Of a stretch of DNA of 34,777 nt, positions 8,837 to 17,792 are shown in pieces. Each line of letters begins with the position of its first letter. The stretch's first letter is position 1. Made by a program: the position numbers and the translations under genes. The notes beneath the pieces are model-generated. The model was not told where the DNA came from. It saw nothing but the letters and a program-made list of their open reading frames with translations, and ran no database searches. The DNA is from Candidatus Heimdallarchaeota archaeon (GTDB taxonomy: Archaea; Asgardarchaeota; Heimdallarchaeia; Heimdallarchaeales; Heimdallarchaeaceae): positions 1 to 34,777 of the forward strand of contig JAAFKI010000091.1 of NCBI GenBank assembly GCA_021399345.1, given 5' to 3'.

Positions 8837-10165
8837 TTATAATTTAGACTTTTTTCTTTCTTTTAAAGCCAGAACAAGTATAGGAATAGTAGCTAATAGT
8901 CTTAAGCAAGTAATAATGATAAGGAAGTTTCTGAGAAAGAGTCCAAAACTATCTAAAGAGGAATCTAAAAACTTTGAAAAAAAGCCTGCTGAAAAATCTA
9001 ACCAAACTGATTTAGAAATTAAAGAGAAACTGGATCTTGTAAAGAATTCAAAAATTAATCCTGAAATAAAAGAACCTGTAAAAGTTAGTATACCCAGAAA
9101 GACATTATATGTTCCACTATATGTTCCTTTGATTTTTGGATCAGCAAGATTGAGAATTTCTGTACTAACTGATACATTAACTAAACCATTTCCTAATCCA
9201 CCAAAGAAATTAGTAATAATAATTAGAGCCCAGTGAGTACTAAAAGCCAAAGTTATAGGTACTAAACAAAGTGAAAGGAACCCAATAAATATCATGAATT
9301 TTCTGCTGATTCTATCACCTATTTTAAATGTAATCATGAAACCAAGGGCCATGCTTGCTGAAAAAGCAGCTGAAAGAATAGCTACTGCAGATGTACTAGG
9401 TTCCAGTCTACTAAGAACAAAGGGCGATAAAGGCCATAATAAACTCATCATCAGCCACCATATCATAGTAGTTCCGCTGAATATTACAAATGATTTATTC
9501 TTCAGGAGAGTCTTAATTGGAACAGCTTTCCTTACTGATTTTGCTCTGTTGGTTTCTGATAGGGTTAAGATTACGATAGTTGCTAGTGCAAAGAACATAG
9601 CTCCCACTAAAACCATAACTCTGTATTTTGTTTCTAATTCTGTATTCTTGAATGGTATTAAATCGATGAAAAAGCCTAATAGAAGTAGCAAAACTGAAGA
9701 TGTGAGAGTTCCAACCATACTGAGTTGACTTATTACTTTTATTCGAGTTTTTTCTGTGGTAATGTCTCCCATTAAGGCATTCCAGGAGGGAATAACCATG
9801 CTTATTCCTAAAGAGTAGATTCCGATAATTACCATGAAAATAACAGGTGATGTAAGAAAGGCTAGATTAACTGTAGTTATAGTAGCAATGATGAACCCAA
9901 ACAATAAGACTAACTTTCTACCTATTCTATCTGATAAGCGACCAAAAAAACCTTGTAGAAGAGACGACCCTAAATTCTGAATAGCTGTAATGAACGACAT
10001 CTGTAAGGGAGTCGCTCCTATGCCAACAGCAATCAAAGTAGCATAGTTAAAGTAAAACTGCTGACCACCACTATTAGCTGCGGCAATTGCATAAGTTTTA
10101 ATTTTATCTTTCTTGATTGCTTTTTCTTGAGGTATTTCTTCTTCAGTATGAATCAAGTTAGTCAA
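8837..10165 (-). CDS. MFS transporter
   Basis: Motif A GRLSDRIGRK, repeated as KIGDRISRK, and about 12 TMs. Confidence 0.92.
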   Translation of the reverse strand: MTNLIHTEEEIPQEKAIKKDKIKTYAIAAANSGGQQFYFNYATLIAVGIGATPLQMSFITAIQNLGSSLLQGFFGRLSDRIGRKLVLLFGFIIATITTVNLAFLTSPVIFMVIIGIYSLGISMVIPSWNALMGDITTEKTRIKVISQLSMVGTLTSSVLLLLLGFFIDLIPFKNTELETKYRVMVLVGAMFFALATIVILTLSETNRAKSVRKAVPIKTLLKNKSFVIFSGTTMIWWLMMSLLWPLSPFVLSRLEPSTSAVAILSAAFSASMALGFMITFKIGDRISRKFMIFIGFLSLCLVPITLAFSTHWALIIITNFFGGLGNGLVNVSVSTEILNLADPKIKGTYSGTYNVFLGILTFTGSFISGLIFEFFTRSSFSLISKSVWLDFSAGFFSKFLDSSLDSFGLFLRNFLIIITCLRLLATIPILVLALKERKKSKL

Positions 10166-10282
10166 GTATCTGCTATCAGTCGTTTAAAAAATATTTTTAT
10201 GAAGCACTAATGGACGAAATATATTTAACAAAGCATTCTTTTCATTAGTGAGAACCTATTTCTATCTGAAGATGTGATATAA

Positions 10283-11212
10283 ATGCCAAGAAGACCAGAT
10301 GCAGAGTTAGTAAAAACTACAAAATTTCATGAATTTGAATTTCTGATAATGCGCAAGAAAACAGATAGTGAAATTCATTTTAAAACTCAGATAGATCTCA
10401 CTCATACGTTCAAGTTTCTGGAAGAGTATAATAAAAATCGAGATGATAAAGACAAACTAACATTATTCCAAATTTATTTGGCAGCAGCAGTTAGAGCTAT
10501 AGCTTTACGTCCTAAGATTAACAGATTTGTTTCTGGGCGAAGATTATGGCAACGAAATCAGATTATCCTTTCATTTGTAGTTAAGAAGGACAAAATTGAA
10601 GGCGGAGAAGAAATCAATGCAATGATTGAATTTGATCCATTTGATAATTTGGAAACAGTTCAAAAAATAGTTGCTAGCAAACTATATGAAGCTCGATATG
10701 GAGAAAACCAAAACGAAAAGGATGTCAAATTTTGGGGTGCTTTTCCTAGATTTTTAATTAATTTCATTTTTTGGTTATTACGTTGGACTGATGAACATAA
10801 TATGCCAATTTATTCCCTCACAAAAGATATACCTATGTGGTCCACAGCATTTCTTGCTCATCTAGGATCAATAAATATAGATGCAGTTTATCATCATCTC
10901 TTTGGGCTTGGGACAACTGGAGTGTTAATAACAATTGGTAAAATTCACAAGGCTCAAGTAATCAATGAAGAAACTGAAAAAGTAGATATCCGTGATGTGA
11001 TGGAACTTAAAATCTGTATTGATGATCGAATCACACCTGGAAGTTACAGCGGACCAACTATTGATTTGTTAAAAGAGCTAATTGAACATCCTGAACCTTT
11101 GATAAATCCTCCAAAATTGACAGATGAACAATTGGATAAATTGATGCTGAAGAAATATAAGAAAGAAAGAAAAGAAAGAGAAAAAATAAGGCGTAAGGAA
11201 AAAAAATCCTGA
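10283..11212 (+). CDS. 2-oxoacid dehydrogenase E2-like acyltransferase, catalytic domain only
   Basis: IDLT, RPKINRF, HLGSI, ITIGKI and IDDRITPG...LKELIEHP align with the E2/CAT fold. No lipoyl or E3-binding domain. Confidence 0.8.
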   Translation: MPRRPDAELVKTTKFHEFEFLIMRKKTDSEIHFKTQIDLTHTFKFLEEYNKNRDDKDKLTLFQIYLAAAVRAIALRPKINRFVSGRRLWQRNQIILSFVVKKDKIEGGEEINAMIEFDPFDNLETVQKIVASKLYEARYGENQNEKDVKFWGAFPRFLINFIFWLLRWTDEHNMPIYSLTKDIPMWSTAFLAHLGSINIDAVYHHLFGLGTTGVLITIGKIHKAQVINEETEKVDIRDVMELKICIDDRITPGSYSGPTIDLLKELIEHPEPLINPPKLTDEQLDKLMLKKYKKERKEREKIRRKEKKS

Positions 11213-11420
11213 TCAAATAAAAAGTAGATTGCAATGATTAATTCCTTTTGATTTTCAATGGGATTTTATCTTCTTTATCCTCTAAAAAAATCCAATTGTG
11301 AGTTCAGAGAATTAACTTCTTTTCATGCTAGTATTTTAGAAATCACAGTTCTTACAGAAACTTTAAAAATGTGCATTCGTCCGATTGATTAAATTAAGAC
11401 TAATAGTCGAGGTTAATTAG

Positions 11421-14108
11421 ATGAAGGTTTCTAAGAAAATATTAACTCTATTCACAGTTACACTTATTATCGGGTTGTTAACTGTTGGCACAGTCTCTAA
11501 AGCAACTAACAGTTTTATCAAATTACAACCTCCAACAGAAGGAGTTTGGATTATATCAGGATTGGAAACAATAACTGACGATGTAATTATTAATGGTTCT
11601 ATACTTATTGAAGAAGGTGGAGAGTTGAGAATTATTAACTCAACCGTGGATTTTCTAGCAAATCAAACTTTTTCATGTACAATTGGAATGATGGATGGAT
11701 CCAAACTTTATGTCGAAAACAGTATTCTACAACCAACAGATAGTATGTATAATTTTACTATTATAGCGACACATCTTAGCAGCAATCTTAGTGTAGTATC
11801 ATCTGTAACTTTCAAAGATAGTTTTGTATCGTTTGCATTAATTGATGTTAGGAATGTTGCTGATTTCACCATAGATACAACAGATTTTACTGGTTGTTCT
11901 TTTTCTATCCGTAATAGTCAAAATATATTGATTGAAAATAGTGAATTCATTGCTGCTGAAATTGGGTTGGAACTAGTTGATAGTGGATATATTGAAATCA
12001 ACTATTGTGTATTTGATGCTGTTAACTACGGGCTTTTAATTGATGATGCAGATGCCCTTGTCCTTGATAACAATGAATTTGACACTACATTTGAAGTTGG
12101 TTTGCAAATAGATGATATCAATCCTGTGGAAATCACAAATAATTATTTCCATCATGCTAAAGTTGCTGCATACCTTGAAGATTCAAGAATAACAATGACT
12201 GATAACTTTTTCAGGAATCTTGAAACTGGTATCGTACTAGATAATGCGGATTTATCAACTATCAGCAACAATAACTTCACAGATGTTTCAGATGTTTGTA
12301 TAGAGGCAGAAGGCACAAGAGCATCTTTAATAAATGAAAATAGATTCATTGATAGTAATCAAGCTTTTGATTTTTACATATCACCAAACTGGATTATAAA
12401 CAATTTCTTTGATAATCTTGAGAATGGTGTAGTTGTACTAGATTCTGACGGAATTGAAGTGTCAAGTAACGAATTCTATAACATAACAGAAAAAGCTGTT
12501 GACATAGTAGATTCAAGAGATGCCGTGATATCTTTTAATGTATTTTATAATGCTACAACAGGAATCAATCTTATAGGTGGAAGAAATAATGAAATTGAAT
12601 CTAATATTTTAACCTTTGTAGGGGAAGGAATCGCTGTAATCTCCTCAAGAGAAGTATTAATTCTTGGTAATATTATTAACAATACAATAACTGGTATCTA
12701 TGTTGAACAAACTAAAGAAGTAGTTATAACAGCTAACGGAGCTATTAATGCAGAATACGGTATAACACTCTGGTCAACTAGTTTTGGTATTTTAGCTAGT
12801 AACGGTGTTTTTGACTCTGTTTATGGGGTCAGTATCTGGTTCTCAGACAATATCCGACTTTTAGGGAATGACGTAAACACTTCAGACATTGGAATTGTTG
12901 CCAGAAATACACTGTATTTGCAAATTCGTGATGGAACCTATAAGGCGTTAAATACAGGCATACAAATTATTGGTTGTACATCTCCTATTATAACTGGAAA
13001 TTCATTTGATTCAATCGTTGGAGTAGCAATAACCTTCATTGATAGTAACGGTTTCTCTGTATACAATAACAATTTTGGAACTGTTGGACAATATGGTTCA
13101 GTAATTGATTGTTTAGGTCTTTTCTATAAACAACTTGATAACGTTACTTTTGCTGGTAATTATTATGAAAATGAACCTTTGGCAACAGAGATTTTAATTG
13201 ATCTTGTTACAATTGATTCTGTTGTTTATGAAATTAAAGATCTCCATCCTCTCGACAATAGTTATACAGTTATCCCTTCAATTGAATATGTAACAAGAGA
13301 CATCCTTAATCCACAAGACATTAATGAAGTGTTTATTGAATCTCAAATATTTGTACCTACAGATACAGAAGATGTTGAGGTCTATCTTCAATATCTTCTT
13401 AACAATGGCCCTACTTGGACTAATATTGATGTAACCTCTTCAGGAACTCCTATAGGTTCAATTGGTGCAATTAACTCATATTCAGGAACTCTTCCTGCAT
13501 TTGACTATGATAATCTAATAATCTACAGAATTATGGTGGAATATACTGACGAATTAGTTACAAAGCAAGTCTTTTCTGAAAATGATAGTTATGTTGTACT
13601 TGAATCTGATTCTACACCTGTCTACATCTCAACTCCTGAAATCTACATTTTAACTACTGATGAAGATGGTGAAGACGTTACTTTACCAACCACTCTCTTC
13701 TATGAAGACGAAAAATATATGATTATTGTTGAGATTACTAACAGAACTGAGCTTGAGACCAGATCAGGAAGGAATCATGTAAACATCACATGGTCAGAAT
13801 TTGATCCAAGCAATAATGTCACAACAGGATTTACAGCTCTAATGAAATACAATGGAACTGCTTATGTCCCATTTTACTACTTCGAATTTGGAAAAGGATT
13901 TGATGTAAATGCAATTATTGAATTCTTTATTAGTGTTGTTGATATTAATGGTACATTCTATAGAACAGTAAATAATTATACAATATACATTGAACCTCCT
14001 GTTGAAAAAACAGGTTTCGATGCACTAACTTTGCTTTCTATTGGAGCAACTTTGTTGATAATTCAAGCTATGGTTATATATCGAAGAAGAAGAAAACAAG
14101 AAGAATAG
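11421..14108 (+). CDS. Surface protein with right-handed parallel beta-helix (NosD/pectin lyase-like) repeats
   Basis: Signal peptide, many approximately 22-aa repeats (GI.L..S....I..N.F), beta-rich C-terminal domains and the sorting signal EKTGF-TM-RRRRK. GAGGT at 11409-11413. Confidence 0.88.
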   Translation: MKVSKKILTLFTVTLIIGLLTVGTVSKATNSFIKLQPPTEGVWIISGLETITDDVIINGSILIEEGGELRIINSTVDFLANQTFSCTIGMMDGSKLYVENSILQPTDSMYNFTIIATHLSSNLSVVSSVTFKDSFVSFALIDVRNVADFTIDTTDFTGCSFSIRNSQNILIENSEFIAAEIGLELVDSGYIEINYCVFDAVNYGLLIDDADALVLDNNEFDTTFEVGLQIDDINPVEITNNYFHHAKVAAYLEDSRITMTDNFFRNLETGIVLDNADLSTISNNNFTDVSDVCIEAEGTRASLINENRFIDSNQAFDFYISPNWIINNFFDNLENGVVVLDSDGIEVSSNEFYNITEKAVDIVDSRDAVISFNVFYNATTGINLIGGRNNEIESNILTFVGEGIAVISSREVLILGNIINNTITGIYVEQTKEVVITANGAINAEYGITLWSTSFGILASNGVFDSVYGVSIWFSDNIRLLGNDVNTSDIGIVARNTLYLQIRDGTYKALNTGIQIIGCTSPIITGNSFDSIVGVAITFIDSNGFSVYNNNFGTVGQYGSVIDCLGLFYKQLDNVTFAGNYYENEPLATEILIDLVTIDSVVYEIKDLHPLDNSYTVIPSIEYVTRDILNPQDINEVFIESQIFVPTDTEDVEVYLQYLLNNGPTWTNIDVTSSGTPIGSIGAINSYSGTLPAFDYDNLIIYRIMVEYTDELVTKQVFSENDSYVVLESDSTPVYISTPEIYILTTDEDGEDVTLPTTLFYEDEKYMIIVEITNRTELETRSGRNHVNITWSEFDPSNNVTTGFTALMKYNGTAYVPFYYFEFGKGFDVNAIIEFFISVVDINGTFYRTVNNYTIYIEPPVEKTGFDALTLLSIGATLLIIQAMVIYRRRRKQEE

Positions 14109-14146
14109 AACTCTTCTCTATCTTTTTTATTTTTTATTTAATTTTT
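14105..14146 (+). terminator. Short hairpin plus T-tract terminator
   Basis: ATAGA-ACTCTTC-TCTAT followed by CTTTTTTATTTTTT directly after the stop codon. Confidence 0.5.
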
Positions 14147-14197
14147 GGTTCTATTGCACAAATAGTAAAATACATAAGTATATGATTTCCATTTGAG

Positions 14198-14941
14198 ATG
14201 ACATCTATGCATGGATTACCAAAGGGAAAACGTAAAGTTTTCAAGAAAGAAAATGTTATGCAGCAAGCCATTCTTGCAGGTGTTATAGTAGCTTGTGTTG
14301 CTTATTCATTTATTTTAGATATCAAACTTCTTAAGGTTTTATCAATTCTAGCAATTTGTATTGTTGGAACTATGCTCATTACTTATTATATTATAGAGTT
14401 CTTCTCTGGGGCGGGTTATAGTGTAGCAAGTACTATGAATGAACTTGTTTATTTAGTTCTTGGACTGCCAATGCTAGTTATTTCTGCAGGATTTCTGCCA
14501 GTGAGTATACTACTTGCATTCTTCCAGCCCCCTGGAGAAACAGTTAAAATTATTATCTATGTTATTTTAGGTGTTCTTGAAATTGGAGCTATTATGTTCT
14601 TAATCAACCGTCATCTGAAAGATAGAAAAATGAATGTATTTATTTACATTAAGTATGTTTTCAATTTTGAAGCTAGAGCCAATGAAGCTAGGAAATTCAG
14701 GGAAAGAACTGATGAAATAGACGGATTTTATGATGATCTTCACAAAGTTGAAGAAAAAATTGCACAAAGAATGGAAGAAAAATCTACTGGTTTTGATCAA
14801 TTTGACTGGAAAGAAAAAGCAGGTAGTTTATCTGGGGGAAAAAGTTCAACTACTGTAAAATGTTGGAATTGTGATACTAGAAATGAAATGGATGCTTATT
14901 TCTGTACAAGTTGCAGTGCACCTTTGAAAAAGGAAGAATAG
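14198..14941 (+). CDS. Membrane protein with C-terminal zinc ribbon
   Basis: Four TMs, a coiled charged linker, then CWNC...FCTSC. Confidence 0.75.
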   Translation: MTSMHGLPKGKRKVFKKENVMQQAILAGVIVACVAYSFILDIKLLKVLSILAICIVGTMLITYYIIEFFSGAGYSVASTMNELVYLVLGLPMLVISAGFLPVSILLAFFQPPGETVKIIIYVILGVLEIGAIMFLINRHLKDRKMNVFIYIKYVFNFEARANEARKFRERTDEIDGFYDDLHKVEEKIAQRMEEKSTGFDQFDWKEKAGSLSGGKSSTTVKCWNCDTRNEMDAYFCTSCSAPLKKEE

Positions 14942-14984
14942 TCTCATCCCAAACTATTTATTTTGATTCTTTTCCTACGGTGTA

Positions 14985-15680
14985 ATGGGCTTAAGAAATC
15001 AAGAAAAGTGTTGTTTGATCATTTTTGATTTTGATGGAGTATTAGCTGATTCCAAAGAAGCATATGCTATGCAGATGCAAGAAACTGTAGAACACTTCTC
15101 AGGTAAGAAATTATCTGATAAGGTTTTCAAAGAAAGGGTGGGAAATACTGATCAGAAACAGGATTTCATTGAATTTCTGGAAAATGATAATCCTGAATTA
15201 TTAGATTTAGCTCTCCAATATTATGTTAACATTACAGATAAATATTCATTTTTACGAAGTCTCTATTCCGGAGTAAGAGAAACACTTGAAGAACTTAAAA
15301 AAACAAATTATATTGGGTTAGTGTCTAGAAAATCTCAAGAAAGGATGGAAAAATGGTTGCAGCACTTTAAAATATCTCATCTATTCGATAAACCAATAGG
15401 TACTCTTGATAAAACAAAGTCGAAAGCTATTATTCAAATCATGAATGATTTCAGTATCCCAAATAGTCGTACATTCATGATAGGCGATACAGAGTTTGAT
15501 ATACAAAGTGCAAAACAAGCAAAAGTTAACTCTGTTTTAGCATATTATGGAGCTTCTTCTCCTGAAAAAGTGATGAAATTAGAACCAGATTATAAAATAG
15601 ATGATATTTCTGAACTTATTTCTTTGGTTGATACCTTCAAGAAATCAGTAAACCTCTCTGCCACAGATTTAAATAGATGA
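14985..15680 (+). CDS. HAD family hydrolase (phosphoglycolate phosphatase-like)
   Basis: FDFDGVLADS, VSRK and MIGDTEFDIQSAKQA motifs. Confidence 0.9.
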   Translation: MGLRNQEKCCLIIFDFDGVLADSKEAYAMQMQETVEHFSGKKLSDKVFKERVGNTDQKQDFIEFLENDNPELLDLALQYYVNITDKYSFLRSLYSGVRETLEELKKTNYIGLVSRKSQERMEKWLQHFKISHLFDKPIGTLDKTKSKAIIQIMNDFSIPNSRTFMIGDTEFDIQSAKQAKVNSVLAYYGASSPEKVMKLEPDYKIDDISELISLVDTFKKSVNLSATDLNR

Positions 15681-16510
15681 ATATCAAACGAAAAATGATG
15701 AAAGTAGGTTTTCTACAGTTCCAGCCAATTTTAAAAGATGTTGAGACAAATATTGATTCAATTTCTAAACTCATTGATGAAACAAGATCTTTTGATTTAT
15801 TGGTTATTCCGGAATTAGCCAATTCTGGGTATGTTTTTGTTGAGAAGAACGAACTTGCTAAAGTTTCTGAAGAAATTCCTTCAGGATATTTTGTTGAGAA
15901 ATTAACTGAATTGGCTAAACAAAAAAATGGGTATATAGTCTGTGGAGTCTGCGAAAAAAGTGGAAGTAAATACTTTAATTCTTCAGTATTGGTGGGTCCT
16001 GAAGGTTTTGTAGCTAAATATAGGAAGGTACATCTGTTTGATAGGGAAAAGCTGTTCTTTGAACCTGGAGATGGCCCTTTCAAATTGTATAATGTCCGGG
16101 GGATGAATCTAGGGATTTTAGTATGTTGGGACTGGATTTTTCCAGAGGCAACTAGAAGCCTTGCTCTCCAAGGTATGGATGTATTAGCTCATTCAACAAA
16201 TCTTGTTCTTTCCTTTTGTCAAACTGCAATGATTACAAGATCCATTGAAAATCAGATATTTACAATCACCTCTAATCGAATTGGAATTGAAACAAATGGA
16301 GAAATTAGCCTTCACTTTAAAGGTCATAGTCAAGTGACGACTCCAGATGCGAAAAGACTTGTACAAGCTAGTACTGATAAGGAAGAAGTACACTTTGTTG
16401 AAATAGATATCACAAAAGCAAGAAACAAGTGGCTAAGTGACAACAATCACATCTTCAAAGATAGAAGACCTGAGATGTATAACACTCTGGTTGAAAAAAA
16501 AGAGTTTTAA
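15677..16510 (+). CDS. Nitrilase / carbon-nitrogen hydrolase family amidase
   Basis: Glu-Lys-Cys triad in PELANSGY, YRKVHLF and VCWDWIFPE. Confidence 0.92.
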   Translation: MNIKRKMMKVGFLQFQPILKDVETNIDSISKLIDETRSFDLLVIPELANSGYVFVEKNELAKVSEEIPSGYFVEKLTELAKQKNGYIVCGVCEKSGSKYFNSSVLVGPEGFVAKYRKVHLFDREKLFFEPGDGPFKLYNVRGMNLGILVCWDWIFPEATRSLALQGMDVLAHSTNLVLSFCQTAMITRSIENQIFTITSNRIGIETNGEISLHFKGHSQVTTPDAKRLVQASTDKEEVHFVEIDITKARNKWLSDNNHIFKDRRPEMYNTLVEKKEF

Positions 16511-16538
16511 GCTATGAAAAACAGCTAGTAGTGAGCTT

Positions 16539-17441
16539 ATGAAAACTTCACAAACTAAAGGTAGTAAAAGAACATATGTACCTCATAAAGCTGCTGCTGA
16601 ATTCAAGCCAACATTTGATTGGACAGAAGCTGAAGCATTGAGTTTGTTTAATGATAGATTATTTACCTTTGAAGTTGATAAGATTCATTTTAAAGATTGT
16701 ATTAAAGGAATGAGGGATCTACCAACAGAAAGCGTTGACCTGATTATAGCAGATCCCCCCTTTGGTTTAAATTTCGGTAATATGGAACCGCTCTATAATA
16801 GAGACAGTAATTATGTTGCAGAAGGATACCAAGATATTCATATTGAGAACTATATGGATTTCACTGACAAATGGATAAGTGAACTACCTCGTCTTATGAA
16901 AGATGATGCGGGTGTTTGGATCTTTAGCGGCTGGACAAATCTTGTAGATATTTTAAATGCATTAAAAGATAATAATTTAACGCTGATTAACCATATTATC
17001 TGGAAATATCAATTTGGAGTTTTTACCAAAAGGAAATTTGTTACTAGCCATTATCATGTTCTATTTGCTGTTAAAAACGAAAAAAGTTATTTTTTCAATA
17101 AAGTTGAGCACTATCCTGAAGATGTTTGGAATTTCAAAAGAGAGTATGAAAGAGGAACAAGGAAGAACGCTACTAAACTCCCTCTAGAGGTTGTTTTAAG
17201 ATGTATAGATTTTGGAAGCAAACCTGGTGATTTGGTACTAGATCCGTTTATGGGGAATGGAACAACAGCTGTTGCTGCAAAAGGTTCTTTCAGACACTTC
17301 CTTGGTTTTGAAGTTAATCAAACTCTAAGTGATATAATTGAAAAAAGTATAAAGCAAACATCATTAGGGGAACTCTACATACCTTACAGTGAAAAACCCG
17401 ATGAATTGGTAAGAAAAGCTAGAAAGAAGTTTAGTAAATAA
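16539..17441 (+). CDS. Orphan DNA methyltransferase, N4-C/N6-A beta class
   Basis: Motif IV IADPPF lies before motif I LDPFMGNGTT. No restriction endonuclease is adjacent. Confidence 0.92.
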   Translation: MKTSQTKGSKRTYVPHKAAAEFKPTFDWTEAEALSLFNDRLFTFEVDKIHFKDCIKGMRDLPTESVDLIIADPPFGLNFGNMEPLYNRDSNYVAEGYQDIHIENYMDFTDKWISELPRLMKDDAGVWIFSGWTNLVDILNALKDNNLTLINHIIWKYQFGVFTKRKFVTSHYHVLFAVKNEKSYFFNKVEHYPEDVWNFKREYERGTRKNATKLPLEVVLRCIDFGSKPGDLVLDPFMGNGTTAVAAKGSFRHFLGFEVNQTLSDIIEKSIKQTSLGELYIPYSEKPDELVRKARKKFSK

Positions 17442-17483
17442 CCTATTCTTAATTACTTCTTCCCATATCATTCTTTTTGATAT

Positions 17484-17642
17484 TTGAAACTTAACTTGAC
17501 CTTTGCTCTATATGCAGTTATCATACCATCATTTATTCTGGCAACTTTGTTCTGGATTTTTACAAATCTAAGACATGCAGCGGATACGACTGATGAAGAT
17601 GTAATAAATAATTCAGAAAATCTAAAGGAAGAAGATGAATAA
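17484..17642 (+). CDS. Possible 52-aa single-TM protein or gene remnant
   Basis: TTG-started frame LKLNLTFALYAVIIPSFILATLFWIFTNLRHAADTTDEDVINNSENLKEEDE*: one TM plus acidic tail, filling part of a 351-bp gap. Confidence 0.35.
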   Translation: MKLNLTFALYAVIIPSFILATLFWIFTNLRHAADTTDEDVINNSENLKEEDE

Positions 17643-17792
17643 ATTTTCATCTTTATTTTAGTTGTCTTGCTATTCAAGAAATTCTTAGAAAGGTTATAAT
17701 ATGCTTTAAGTGATAGATCAACTGTTTTCAATCCTATCATTTTACTTTGTTAAAAGGTAAAGTTAAAATTCTATTCTTTTTTTCTATTCAAG

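Noticed and set aside
8916-9728. Plus-strand ORFs of 106 and 144 aa, and the idea of an inverted insert in the last MFS loop
   Set aside because: They are antisense to the MFS gene. T-rich membrane-protein codons naturally give open, Lys/Glu-rich antisense frames.
11800-13100. Repetitiveness in the 895-aa gene as a DNA repeat array or CRISPR
   Set aside because: The periodicity is at protein level (beta-helix). No identical DNA repeats with spacers were seen.
14985-15020. MGLRNQEKCC N-terminus as a myristoylation/palmitoylation substrate
   Set aside because: It lacks Ser/Thr at position 6 and the Cys pair leads directly into the first HAD strand, so chance is sufficient.
17468-17740. 90-aa minus-strand ORF
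   Set aside because: No recognisable features. The opposite-strand short frame has more host-like codons.
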